This document shows, piece after piece, positions 40,109 through 49,110 of a stretch of 64,000 bases of DNA. The DNA is from Paracoccaceae bacterium (lineage in GTDB: Bacteria; Pseudomonadota; Alphaproteobacteria; Rhodobacterales; Rhodobacteraceae): positions 40,932 to 104,931 of the forward strand of contig WGNF01000014.1 of NCBI GenBank assembly GCA_016124615.1, given 5' to 3'. The position numbers and the translations under genes were made by a program. The notes beneath the pieces are model-generated. The model was not told where the DNA came from and made no database searches. It saw only the letters and a list, made by a program, of their open reading frames with translations. Numbering within the stretch: the first letter of the stretch is position 1; the number at the start of each line of letters is the position of its first letter.

Positions 40109-41305
40109 ATGGCGGACAAGGCGGCATTCCTCGACCATCTCGGTGCCGAGTTGCGCAGTATCGAGGCCGATGGCCTGATGAAGCGCGAACGGCTGATCAC
40201 CTCGCCGCAGGGTGGTCGGGTGTCGGTTGCGGGGCACGCGGGCAAGGTCGTGAACCTCTGCGCCAACAATTACCTCGGGCTTGCCGATCACCCGGCGCTG
40301 ATCGCCGCGGCGAAGCAGGCGATGGACGATCACGGCTACGGCATGGCCTCGGTCCGCTTCATCTGCGGCACGCAGGATTTGCACCGGCAGCTGGAGCAGC
40401 GTCTGGCGGCGTTCCTGAACAAGGACGACGCGATTCTGTTCGCGGCCTGCTTCGATGCCAACGGCGGGCTGTTCGAGCCGTTGCTGGGGGCCGAGGATGC
40501 GGTGATCTCCGACAGTCTGAACCACGCCTCGATCATCGACGGTATCCGGCTGTGCAAGGCCAAACGGTATCGCTACGCCAATTCCGACATGGACGAGCTG
40601 GAGGCACAGCTGAAGGCGGCCCGGGCCGAAGGCGCGCGGTTCATCCTGATCGCCACCGATGGCGTCTTCTCGATGGACGGCTATCTGGCCAAGCTGGCCG
40701 AGATTACCGCACTGGCCGACCGTTATGGCGCCCTGGTGATGGTGGACGATTGCCACGCCACCGGCTTCATGGGGCCGCAGGGGCGCGGCACCCCGGCCCA
40801 TGCGGGGGTGGCGGTGGATATCCTCACCGGCACGCTGGGCAAGGCATTGGGCGGCGCGCTGGGCGGCTATATCGCCGGGCCGCAGCCGGTGATCGACCTG
40901 CTGCGGCAGCGGGCGCGGCCCTACCTCTTTTCCAACGCGCTGCCGCCTGCCGTTGTGGCGGCTGGCCTCGCCGCGCTGGATCTGGTCGAGGCGGCCGACG
41001 ATCTGCGGGCGCGGCTCTTCGCCAACGCGGCGCACTGGCGTGCCGGGCTGGCGGCGGCGGGGTTCGACCTTTTGCCGGGCGAGCATCCGATCGTGCCGGT
41101 GATGCTGGGCGAGGCGAAGCTGGCGCAGGCGATGGCGTCGGCGCTCTATGACCGGGGCGTTTATGTCGCGGGCTTCTTCTTTCCGGTGGTGCCGAAGGGG
41201 CGCGCGCGCATCCGCACCCAGATGAACGCGGCGCTGAGCCGGGACGATCTCGATTTCGCGCTGGCGGCGTTTGCCGAGGCGGGCAAGGCGGTGGGGGCGA
41301 TATGA
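40109..41305 (+). CDS. kbl: Glycine C-acetyltransferase (2-amino-3-ketobutyrate CoA ligase)
   Basis: [48 protein letters not shown]. Confidence 0.96.
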   Translation: MADKAAFLDHLGAELRSIEADGLMKRERLITSPQGGRVSVAGHAGKVVNLCANNYLGLADHPALIAAAKQAMDDHGYGMASVRFICGTQDLHRQLEQRLAAFLNKDDAILFAACFDANGGLFEPLLGAEDAVISDSLNHASIIDGIRLCKAKRYRYANSDMDELEAQLKAARAEGARFILIATDGVFSMDGYLAKLAEITALADRYGALVMVDDCHATGFMGPQGRGTPAHAGVAVDILTGTLGKALGGALGGYIAGPQPVIDLLRQRARPYLFSNALPPAVVAAGLAALDLVEAADDLRARLFANAAHWRAGLAAAGFDLLPGEHPIVPVMLGEAKLAQAMASALYDRGVYVAGFFFPVVPKGRARIRTQMNAALSRDDLDFALAAFAEAGKAVGAI

Positions 41306-42339
41306 CCAATGAAATGAAGGCGCTGGTGAAGGCGAAGCCCGAGGTTGGCCTCTGGATGGAACATCGCCCGGTGCCCGAGATCGGGCCGGATGACGTGCTG
41401 ATCCGCATCCGCAAGACCGGCATCTGCGGCACCGACATCCACATCTGGAACTGGGACGACTGGGCCGCGAAGACGGTGCCGCTGGGGCTGATCACCGGCC
41501 ACGAATTCGCGGGCGAGATCGTCGACAAGGGCCGCAACGTCGAGGGGCTGGCGATCGGCCAGCGCTGTTCCGGCGAGGGTCATCTGATCGGCCGCCAGAG
41601 CCGCCAGAGCCGGGCGGGCAAGTTCCACCTCGACCCCGCCACGCGGGGGATCGGGGTGAACGAACCCGGTGCTTTTGCGGGATATTTGCGGCTTCCGGCC
41701 TTCAACGTAGTGCCCTTGCCGGACGAGATCGAGGATGAGGTCGGCGCCATCCTCGACCCGCTGGGTAACGCGGTGCATACCGCGCTCAGCTTCGATCTGG
41801 TGGGCGAGGATGTGCTGATCACCGGCGCCGGGCCGATCGGCATCATGGCGGGCGCGGTGGCGCGGCATGTGGGGGCGCGGCATGTGGTGATCACCGATGT
41901 GAACCCCGCGCGGCTGGCGCTGGCGGCCGAGGTCGCCGATGTGGTGCCGGTGAACGTCGCGCAGGAGGATCTGCGCGACGTTATGGCGCGGCTGAAAATG
42001 GCGCAAGGCTTTGATGTTGGCCTGGAAATGTCGGGCAATCAGGCGGCGATGGACCAGATGGTCGAGGCGCTGGTGATGGGTGGCCGCATCGCGCTGCTGG
42101 GCATTCCGCCGGGCAAATCGCCGGTGGACTGGAGCCGGATCGTGTTCAAGGCGATCACCATCAAGGGGGTCTATGGCCGCGAGATCTTCGAGACCTGGTA
42201 CAAGATGATCGCCATGCTGCAGAACGGCCTCGACGTCCGCCGCGTCATCACCCACCGCTTCCCGGTCGACCAGTTCCGCGACGGGTTCGAGGTGATGCGA
42301 TCGGGCAAATCGGGCAAGGTCGTGCTCGACTGGTCCTGA
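41302..42339 (+). CDS. tdh: L-threonine 3-dehydrogenase
   Basis: [36 protein letters not shown]-like [12 protein letters not shown]; ATGA overlap with kbl. Confidence 0.95.
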   Translation: MTNEMKALVKAKPEVGLWMEHRPVPEIGPDDVLIRIRKTGICGTDIHIWNWDDWAAKTVPLGLITGHEFAGEIVDKGRNVEGLAIGQRCSGEGHLIGRQSRQSRAGKFHLDPATRGIGVNEPGAFAGYLRLPAFNVVPLPDEIEDEVGAILDPLGNAVHTALSFDLVGEDVLITGAGPIGIMAGAVARHVGARHVVITDVNPARLALAAEVADVVPVNVAQEDLRDVMARLKMAQGFDVGLEMSGNQAAMDQMVEALVMGGRIALLGIPPGKSPVDWSRIVFKAITIKGVYGREIFETWYKMIAMLQNGLDVRRVITHRFPVDQFRDGFEVMRSGKSGKVVLDWS

Positions 42340-42374
42340 GGGGCCTAAGGGGTTGGGAAGGCTGGGAAATCGGG

Positions 42375-42415
42375 GCACCGATTTTACACCGTTTTTGCAC
42401 CGATTTGGCACCGAT
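42375..42415. repeat. Four in-phase 11-bp tandem repeats
   Basis: GCACCGATTTT / ACACCGTTTTT / GCACCGATTTG / GCACCGAT. Confidence 0.75.
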
Positions 42416-42607
42416 GGGAGGCGGGGTTTGGTGGGGGCGGACTTGTAGGGTGGCCGTGCGGACGCCCTTGGGCCGACACACTAGGAACGGGTTGTCCTTC
42501 CTGTCTTTCAGTCAGGCTGGAACGCTCGGAACAGTTTTACGAATTTTCTCTTGGACATGCCAAGAAAGGGTGGAATAGTATAGTAGGGGAATTTTTTCGA
42601 GTGACGC

Positions 42608-43198
42608 ATGGCTATCCCAAGATTTGCAGAACACGGTGCATTGCCGGCGTTTATTGAAGGTAACCCAACGGCCATTATTGCGCGCTCTCCTTACTTGGCG
42701 AGCATGTATGAATTTGTTGAGAGGTTTTGCACGTCCCCGCACCGGGCCAAGTTATTGCAAGGATTTAACGAATATCGCAAGCATTTGCACAAGGCGGGGT
42801 TCGTCTCGGGGTTTCAATGGCTGGATGGCAGTTTTATTGAGGACGTTGAGGTTACGCAAAAGCGAAATCCAAACGACATTGATGTTGTAACTCTATTTAA
42901 CCGGCCACTGAAATATCAGGTTGAGCCCTCCAAATGGGTTTCAGACTACGAAGGTTATCTTTTTAAAGGGTACTTCGACACGCGACTTATGAAGCCAAAG
43001 TTTAAATGTGATACCTATGGAGTTGACCTTGATGCAGGGCAGCGCGCTCTAATACGGGGCACAACGTATTGGTTTGGCTTATTTAGCGACATGCGCGGAT
43101 CGCTGGCCAAGAAAGGTATCGTTGAAATTCCCCTAGCTACAGATCTTATGGAGTTCTCTGCAATTGATCAGGTGATAGGGGGCAGGTTTAATGTCTGA
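42608..43198 (+). CDS. Pol-beta superfamily nucleotidyltransferase-like protein (DUF6932-like)
   Basis: QWLDGSF...PNDIDVV (hGS...DxD) plus a distal Asp in CDTYGVD; about 45-50% GC. Confidence 0.75.
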   Translation: MAIPRFAEHGALPAFIEGNPTAIIARSPYLASMYEFVERFCTSPHRAKLLQGFNEYRKHLHKAGFVSGFQWLDGSFIEDVEVTQKRNPNDIDVVTLFNRPLKYQVEPSKWVSDYEGYLFKGYFDTRLMKPKFKCDTYGVDLDAGQRALIRGTTYWFGLFSDMRGSLAKKGIVEIPLATDLMEFSAIDQVIGGRFNV

Positions 43199-44147
43199 CC
43201 TTCAGAGGATCGCCGACCTCCAGCGCCAAAAGTTGGAGCTTGGGGCGTTGATCAGAGACGCCGATGCAGACGGAGACATCGTAGGAAAATTGAATTTCGG
43301 GGCGCGCCTTGAGATGGTTGCCGATGAGCTGGCAGCCTTGAAGGCGAGGGATGCCAAAGTCGGAGAAGTTGCCGTCTTATTCGATGGCGCCCCCGTGAGC
43401 GGGACCAGCGCCATAGATGCTTCCTTCGCGGCTCAAGCTCTTACTCATTTCCAAAGAGTAATAACATGCCTGTTTGCATCTAACTTGAGGGGCCAGCTCG
43501 CCTCTCGTGGGAAAATTAGAGGGTCGAGTCTGGCGGGCTTGAATATCCGCGAATTGGCGACCGGATCGTTTGGCTTCATTCTTGAGGAGAAAGATGCGCG
43601 GCAGTCGAGCGCAATAAAGACCCCAATTAGAGAGTCACTTGAGGAAGCTGCCGCATTGTTTGAGGAGTTTACTCAAGAAAATGATGATAACTTCCTTATC
43701 GAAGTGGATGAAATCGATCCGCGCGTCTTCTTGGCTTTAGCGAAATTCTTTCGGCATCTCGAAAAGAACTACGCGACGCTTAAGACGAATTTTCCCGATA
43801 AACTCTATTCCTTCGACCACGCGGGCATTGAGCGTGCATTTAAGAGAATTTCTGCTACGCATGTCAAGATAGAGCCCGTATTGTGGACCGGTACATTGGT
43901 TGGTTTGTCTCCAATTAAACGAACTTTTGATTTTAAACGCGATGGGGGAGATGAGATTTTATCTGGAAAATTTAGTCATCAGGTCAGCCAAGACTATCTT
44001 GAAAGAATTGAAAACGATAACGGGATTACTTTGGGAGATAGGTTTGATGCCAAGATTGAAATTGGCACCATCAGAAAACCTGACGGAACGATCAGCGTGA
44101 CCTATACGGTCATTGACTTATCTGAATCCGCATCGGGACGCATGTGA
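43191..44147 (+). CDS. Uncharacterised protein coupled to the nucleotidyltransferase
   Basis: 318-aa ORF, AT-rich codons, 8-bp overlap with the upstream stop; N-terminal amphipathic helices, FDGAPVSG...GSFGFILEE, beta-rich C-terminus. Confidence 0.8.
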   Translation: MSDLQRIADLQRQKLELGALIRDADADGDIVGKLNFGARLEMVADELAALKARDAKVGEVAVLFDGAPVSGTSAIDASFAAQALTHFQRVITCLFASNLRGQLASRGKIRGSSLAGLNIRELATGSFGFILEEKDARQSSAIKTPIRESLEEAAALFEEFTQENDDNFLIEVDEIDPRVFLALAKFFRHLEKNYATLKTNFPDKLYSFDHAGIERAFKRISATHVKIEPVLWTGTLVGLSPIKRTFDFKRDGGDEILSGKFSHQVSQDYLERIENDNGITLGDRFDAKIEIGTIRKPDGTISVTYTVIDLSESASGRM

Positions 44148-44248
44148 GCCGTATACCGGCACCCTGCTAATCTTCTAGTAGGTCGACCACTGTCCCCTCC
44201 CGTCTTGCCCGATTTCCGACACGCCTGAGATAACTGACACCCCCTTGC

Positions 44249-44307
44249 CCTACGGCTTGCGCCTTCGGGCAACGGCCCGCGCGGTCTGCCACGGGCAGAC
44301 CGCTTTT
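44249..44307. repeat. Palindromic intergenic element/terminator between the cassette and truB
   Basis: TTGCGCC-TTCG-GGCAA hairpin, then the perfect 10-bp stem GCGGTCTGCC-ACG-GGCAGACCGC followed by TTTT. Confidence 0.6.
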
Positions 44308-44354
44308 GCGGGTCGGGCGCCCGTTGGTCGGGGAGGTGGCGGGTCTTCCCGGCG

Positions 44355-45260
44355 TCAGCGGTTGAAGACGCGGCTGGGGTGCAACTCGCCGCTCTGGTAG
44401 GTGCCGACGGCGATGGCGCGGCCCTGGTGGCTGGCCCAGGCGTCGTCGCCGAACTCGACGCCGGAGGCGATGACCATGCCGGGGTTGCCGTTCTTCAGGC
44501 GGGCGGCGCCTTCGGGGGTGGCTTTCAGTTCCGGCAGGTCGGCGAGGCCGAGTTCGAGCGGCAGCAGGTGGGCGTCAAGCTCTTCGGTTCTTGCCAGCCG
44601 GTCGATGAGGTCGAGCGAGACGCCCATATCGGCGTCGAAGGGCCCCGACCAGGTGCGGCGGAGGGTCTGGACATGGCCGAGGCAGCCAAGGGCGCGGCCA
44701 AGGTCGCGGGCGATGGAGCGGACGTAGCCGCCCTTGCCGCAGACCATTTCCAGCTCGGCATGGTCGGCGTCGGGGCGGGCGATCAGGTCGAGGCTGTCGA
44801 CCCAGAGCGGGCGGGCGGCAAGGTCCATCTGCTCGCCCTCGCGGGCGAGGTCGTAGGCGCGTTCGCCGTCGACCTTCACGGCGGAGAACTGGGGCGGAAC
44901 CTGGCTGATGTCGCCGCGAAAGGCGGGCAGGGCAGCCTCGATTTCGGCATCGGTCGGGCGCAGGGTGGAGGTGGCGATCACCTCGCCCTCGGCATCGTCG
45001 GTGGTGGTGGCGGCGCCGAAGGTGACGGTGAAGCGGTAGCACTTCAGCGCATCGGTGATGTAGGGCACGGTCTTGGTGGCCTCGCCCAGGGCGATGGCCA
45101 GCACGCCGGTGGCGGCGGGGTCGAGCGTGCCGGCATGGCCCGCCTTCTGCGCGTCGAAGGCCCAGCGGACCTTGTTCACCACGGCGGTCGAGGTGATGCC
45201 GGCGGGCTTGTCAACCACCAGCCAGCCCGATACCTCGCGGCCCTTGCGCTTGCGTCCCAT
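44355..45260 (-). CDS. truB: tRNA pseudouridine(55) synthase
   Basis: [41 protein letters not shown]. Confidence 0.97.
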   Translation of the reverse strand: MGRKRKGREVSGWLVVDKPAGITSTAVVNKVRWAFDAQKAGHAGTLDPAATGVLAIALGEATKTVPYITDALKCYRFTVTFGAATTTDDAEGEVIATSTLRPTDAEIEAALPAFRGDISQVPPQFSAVKVDGERAYDLAREGEQMDLAARPLWVDSLDLIARPDADHAELEMVCGKGGYVRSIARDLGRALGCLGHVQTLRRTWSGPFDADMGVSLDLIDRLARTEELDAHLLPLELGLADLPELKATPEGAARLKNGNPGMVIASGVEFGDDAWASHQGRAIAVGTYQSGELHPSRVFNR

Positions 45261-45290
45261 GCTTTGCCCTTCGATTGCGAAGCCCGCCTG

Positions 45291-46037
45291 CTACTGCGCC
45301 GGTGCGGGGCCGTCAACCACGGTGCCAAGGATCGGGCCCATCGGAAAGCCGGCGTCCGCACGGTTCAATTCGGGGGCGGCAAGGCGCGAGGTGTTGCCGT
45401 CGAGGAAGAGCGCGTCGGGCATCTTGAGGCCATCGCGGAAGAAGCGGGCGAAGGCGTCGAAGGTCACCGGCACGCCGGAGATGGCAAAGGCGGCGTGCAG
45501 GCCGTCGGCAGAGACGCCGACGCCGTTGCGGATGTAGGTGGAGCCCGAGGTCGCAAGGAAGCGGGGATGCAGCGCGCCGCCGATGACCAGCATCGGGCCG
45601 GATTGCGTGGCATAGCGGCAGGCGGGCGGCGCGGCGGCGTAGTGCCTCGTCTCGACGATGCGGTAGCGGTCGGGGCCGATGCAGAAGACGCCGTTGGGCA
45701 AGAGGCCGAAGTTGCCCTTGCTGGCGCCGGTGACGAGCGGGGCGATTTGCTGGCCATCGACGATGGCGAGGCCGAGGGGGCGCAGGTCGGGTGCGTACAT
45801 GCCGGCGTTTATCGCGAACCCGAAGTGCTTGCCCTGTGCGGCAAGCAGGTCGGCGAGGCGGCCGAAGGTGCCGACCGGCAGGCCATCGGGCGCCGTGACC
45901 CACAGCCGAAGGTCGTCCTGCCCGAAGCTGGTGTCGCAGACGGTGTAGGGGGCGCCGTCAAAGCGGGTGTCGTGGCAGGCGGCATTCACGGCGGCAGGCA
46001 GGGCCAGCGCCAGCGCGAGGACGCGCAGATCAGGCAT
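45291..46037 (-). CDS. Phosphodiester glycosidase (YigE/DUF2233-like) exported protein
   Basis: Signal peptide, AINAGMY, GNFGLLPNGVF, ATQSGPML, RNGVG, ALFLDG. Confidence 0.82.
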   Translation of the reverse strand: MPDLRVLALALALPAAVNAACHDTRFDGAPYTVCDTSFGQDDLRLWVTAPDGLPVGTFGRLADLLAAQGKHFGFAINAGMYAPDLRPLGLAIVDGQQIAPLVTGASKGNFGLLPNGVFCIGPDRYRIVETRHYAAAPPACRYATQSGPMLVIGGALHPRFLATSGSTYIRNGVGVSADGLHAAFAISGVPVTFDAFARFFRDGLKMPDALFLDGNTSRLAAPELNRADAGFPMGPILGTVVDGPAPAQ

Positions 46038-46473
46038 CGGCCCCATGATCGGTGTCGTCGGCATCATCGTCATCGTCGCGGGCGGCGATGTCGCGCTGCA
46101 CGGTGGCGTCGCTGAACAGCCGCCGCGTGTCATCCATGCGGTCAAAGGTTTCATCGATCTCGAACCGCAGTTCTGGCGCGTATTTCAGCGTCATCTCTTT
46201 GGCGATCAGGTGGCGCAGCTCGCCCTTGTGCTTGCGCAGAAGCGTCAGCGTCTCTTCCCGCTTGTCGCCGCCAAGGGGCATCACATAGGCGGTGGCGACC
46301 TTCAGGTCGGTCGAGGTGCGCACTTCGGCGACGGTGATCGGGATGCGGTTCAGGTCGGGATCGTGGATCTCGGCCCGGTTCAGCACATCGGACAGCGTGC
46401 GGCGGATCAGTTCGCCGACGCGAAGCTGGCGCTGCGAGGGGCCGGAGCCCTGGGAATAGCGGTTGGTTGCCAT
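46030..46473 (-). CDS. rbfA: Ribosome-binding factor A
   Basis: SQRQLRVGELIRR, ITVAEVRTSTDLKVA, KYAPELRFEIDETF. Confidence 0.95.
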   Translation of the reverse strand: MATNRYSQGSGPSQRQLRVGELIRRTLSDVLNRAEIHDPDLNRIPITVAEVRTSTDLKVATAYVMPLGGDKREETLTLLRKHKGELRHLIAKEMTLKYAPELRFEIDETFDRMDDTRRLFSDATVQRDIAARDDDDDADDTDHGADA

Positions 46474-46570
46474 GCGCAGCAGATAAGCCAAGCCGGGCCG
46501 CCCCGCAACCGGGGCTTTGCGTGCGCCCTGCGAAGCGGCTAAGGAGAGCCGAGCGAAATGGGAGGCTGCG

Positions 46571-47380
46571 ATGGGCGAAGGGCCGGGGATCGTCGTCACG
46601 GGCGCGTCGGGGCGCATGGGGCAGATGCTGGTACGGCTGATCGCCGCCAGCGACCGGGCGCGGCTGGTGGGCTGCGTGGAACGGCCGGGCCATGGCTGGG
46701 TCGGGCGCGACATCGGCGCGGCGATGGGCGGCGCGGATCTGGGCGTGACGGTCACCGATGATGCGCTGGATGCCTTTGCCAAGGCGCAGGCGGTGGTGGA
46801 TTTCACCTCGCCCGAGGCGTCGCTGGGCTTTGCCGCGCTGGCGGCGCAGGCGCGGGCGGTGCATGTGATCGGCACCACCGGCTTTACGCCCGAGCAGATC
46901 GCCCGGCTGGAACCCGCCGCGCGCCATGCGGTGATCGTGCGGGCGGGCAATATGTCGCTGGGCGTGAACCTGCTGGTGCAGCTGACGCGCAAGGTGGCCG
47001 AGGCTCTGGATGCGGATTTCGATGTCGAGATCGTCGAGGCGCATCACCGCATGAAGGTAGATGCGCCCTCGGGCACCGCGCTGATGCTGGGCGAGGCGGC
47101 GGCGGCGGGCCGCGGCGTTTCGCTGGCCGAGGTGTCGGACCGGGGCCGCGACGGCATCACCGGTGCGCGGACGCGCGGGCATATCGGATTCTCGTCGATC
47201 CGGGGCGGCGACGTTGTGGGCGAGCATGACGTGATCTTTGCCGCCGATGGCGAGCGGATCGTGCTGCGCCACATCGCCACCGACCGCGCCGTGTTCGCGC
47301 GCGGCGCGCTGAAGGCGGCGCTGTGGGGGCAGGACAAGCAGCCGGGGCAGTATTCGATGCTGGACGTGCTGGGGATGTGA
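46571..47380 (+). CDS. dapB: 4-hydroxy-tetrahydrodipicolinate reductase
   Basis: [39 protein letters not shown]. Confidence 0.96.
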   Translation: MGEGPGIVVTGASGRMGQMLVRLIAASDRARLVGCVERPGHGWVGRDIGAAMGGADLGVTVTDDALDAFAKAQAVVDFTSPEASLGFAALAAQARAVHVIGTTGFTPEQIARLEPAARHAVIVRAGNMSLGVNLLVQLTRKVAEALDADFDVEIVEAHHRMKVDAPSGTALMLGEAAAAGRGVSLAEVSDRGRDGITGARTRGHIGFSSIRGGDVVGEHDVIFAADGERIVLRHIATDRAVFARGALKAALWGQDKQPGQYSMLDVLGM

Positions 47381-47477
47381 GGGGCGGTTGGCTCAAGCTG
47401 CTTGATGCGCCGTCGCTCGCCATCTTGCCCGATTTGTCCCGCGACAAATGGGCCGCGCCCTTGGGTAATTGCCCGTC

Positions 47478-47657
47478 TCAAAAATCGACCGCGATGCCCT
47501 TCCGCTCCCAGTCGCCGTAGCGCACCGGTTCCGGCCCCTTGCGGCCACCGAGTTCGGTTGGCAGGGGCGCGGGCGGTTTGGCCTTGCGGCGGGCCTCGGC
47601 CTCGGCCAGGGCGCGTTGCGCTTCGGGGGGAAGCTCGGGGCGGGGTGTATCGGCCAT
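47478..47657 (-). CDS. DUF1674 / SDHAF4-like small protein (59 aa)
   Basis: Translated by hand (below the ORF-track cutoff): MADTPRPELPPEAQRALAEAEARRK...ELGGRKGPEPVRYGDWERKGIAVDF. Confidence 0.9.
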   Translation of the reverse strand: MADTPRPELPPEAQRALAEAEARRKAKPPAPLPTELGGRKGPEPVRYGDWERKGIAVDF

Positions 47658-47733
47658 CGGGCGGTTCCTTGTGTCGCTTGCCCGCCTGATATACGCCCGG
47701 CCGATCGGGGAACAAGACCGGAAGGATCATCAG

Positions 47734-49014
47734 GTGGGCGGACAGGTCGATCCGGCGCGGCGGGCGGCGGTGGCGTTGCTGAATGGCGTGCTGGGCGAAG
47801 GGCGGATGCTGTCGGACCTGCTGGCGCAGCCCGCCGGGCCGCTGGCGGCGCTGGAACCGGGCCAGCGGGCGCGGGCGCAGCGGCTGGCGCTGGCCGTGCT
47901 GCGGCATCTGGAGCCAGCCGACCGGCTGCTGGCCACGCATCTGCGCAAGGCGCCGCCGGTCGAGGTGATGAACGTGCTGCGGCTGGCCGTGGTCGAGATG
48001 CTGGTGGACGCCGTGCCGCCGCATGGCGCCGTCAACGCCGCCGTGGCGCTGTTGCGCGCGGGCAAGCGGACGACGCATCAGGCCGGGCTGGCCAATGCCG
48101 TGCTGCGCAAGGCGGCCGAGGCGGGCGGGGATTGGGCCAAGCTGCCGCCGCAGCGGATGCCGCTCTGGCTGCGCAAGCCCTTGGTGGGGCTTTGGGGGTG
48201 CGAGGTGGTGTCGGCCATCGAGGCGGTGGAGGCGGCAGGCGCCCCGCTGGATCTGACGCTGCGCGACCCGTCGCAAGGCTCCCTGTGGGCCGAGCGGCTG
48301 GAGGCCGAGGTGCTGCCGACCGGCAGCCTGCGCCGCCGCGTCGTGGGGCAGGTCAGCGAGCTTCCCGGTTATGCCGAGGGCGCGTGGTGGGTGCAGGACG
48401 CGGCGGCGGCGCTGCCGGTGCGGTTGCTGGATCCGCGACCGGGCGAGCGGGTGCTGGACCTTTGCGCGGCGCCGGGCGGCAAGACGCTGCAACTGGCGGC
48501 GGCGGGGGCAGCGGTGACAGCAGTCGACCTGTCAGGGCCACGGATGGAGCGTCTGCGCGCGAACCTCGCACGCTGCGGGCTGGCGGCAGAGGTCGTGGTG
48601 GCCGACGCGCTGCACTGGACGGCAGAGCCGTTCGACGCGGTGCTGCTCGACGCGCCCTGTTCGGCCAGCGGCACGATCCGGCGGCATCCCGATCTGCCCT
48701 TCGTCAAGGACGGCAGCGAGGTTGCGGGGCTGGTGGCGTTGCAGGCGCAACTGATCGACCGGGCGCTGGGGCTGTTGAAGCCGGGCGGGCGGCTGGTGGT
48801 CTGTACCTGTTCGCTGCTGCCGGAAGAGGGCGAGGGGCAGCTGGCCGCCGCGCTGGCGCGGCATCCCGGTCTGGCGGTCGAAGACCTTGCCGTGCCGGGT
48901 GTTCCCGAGGGCTGGCGCGCGGCGGGCGGCGGATTGCGGCTGCGGCCCGATCATTGGGCCGACCGGGGCGGGGTTGACGGCTTCTTCATGGCGCGGCTTC
49001 GCCGGGCGGGCTGA
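47734..49014 (+). CDS. rsmB: RsmB/NOP-family RNA m5C methyltransferase with NusB-like N-terminus
   Basis: WVQDAAA, LDLCAAPGGKT, LLDAPCSASGTIRRHPD, VCTCSL, DGFFMARL; GTG start inferred. Confidence 0.88.
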   Translation: MGGQVDPARRAAVALLNGVLGEGRMLSDLLAQPAGPLAALEPGQRARAQRLALAVLRHLEPADRLLATHLRKAPPVEVMNVLRLAVVEMLVDAVPPHGAVNAAVALLRAGKRTTHQAGLANAVLRKAAEAGGDWAKLPPQRMPLWLRKPLVGLWGCEVVSAIEAVEAAGAPLDLTLRDPSQGSLWAERLEAEVLPTGSLRRRVVGQVSELPGYAEGAWWVQDAAAALPVRLLDPRPGERVLDLCAAPGGKTLQLAAAGAAVTAVDLSGPRMERLRANLARCGLAAEVVVADALHWTAEPFDAVLLDAPCSASGTIRRHPDLPFVKDGSEVAGLVALQAQLIDRALGLLKPGGRLVVCTCSLLPEEGEGQLAAALARHPGLAVEDLAVPGVPEGWRAAGGGLRLRPDHWADRGGVDGFFMARLRRAG

Positions 49015-49110
49015 GATGGCGGCTTTTCGGCGGTGACAGGGCAAGACCCCGCCGCTATGGTTCGGCGCGGGTCGGAACAGGCCCGGAGCAGCATCGGCAC
49101 AGAACCCAGC

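Noticed and set aside
42375-42415. Tandem repeats as a CRISPR array
   Set aside because: The units are 11 bp and contiguous with no spacers, and there are no cas genes.
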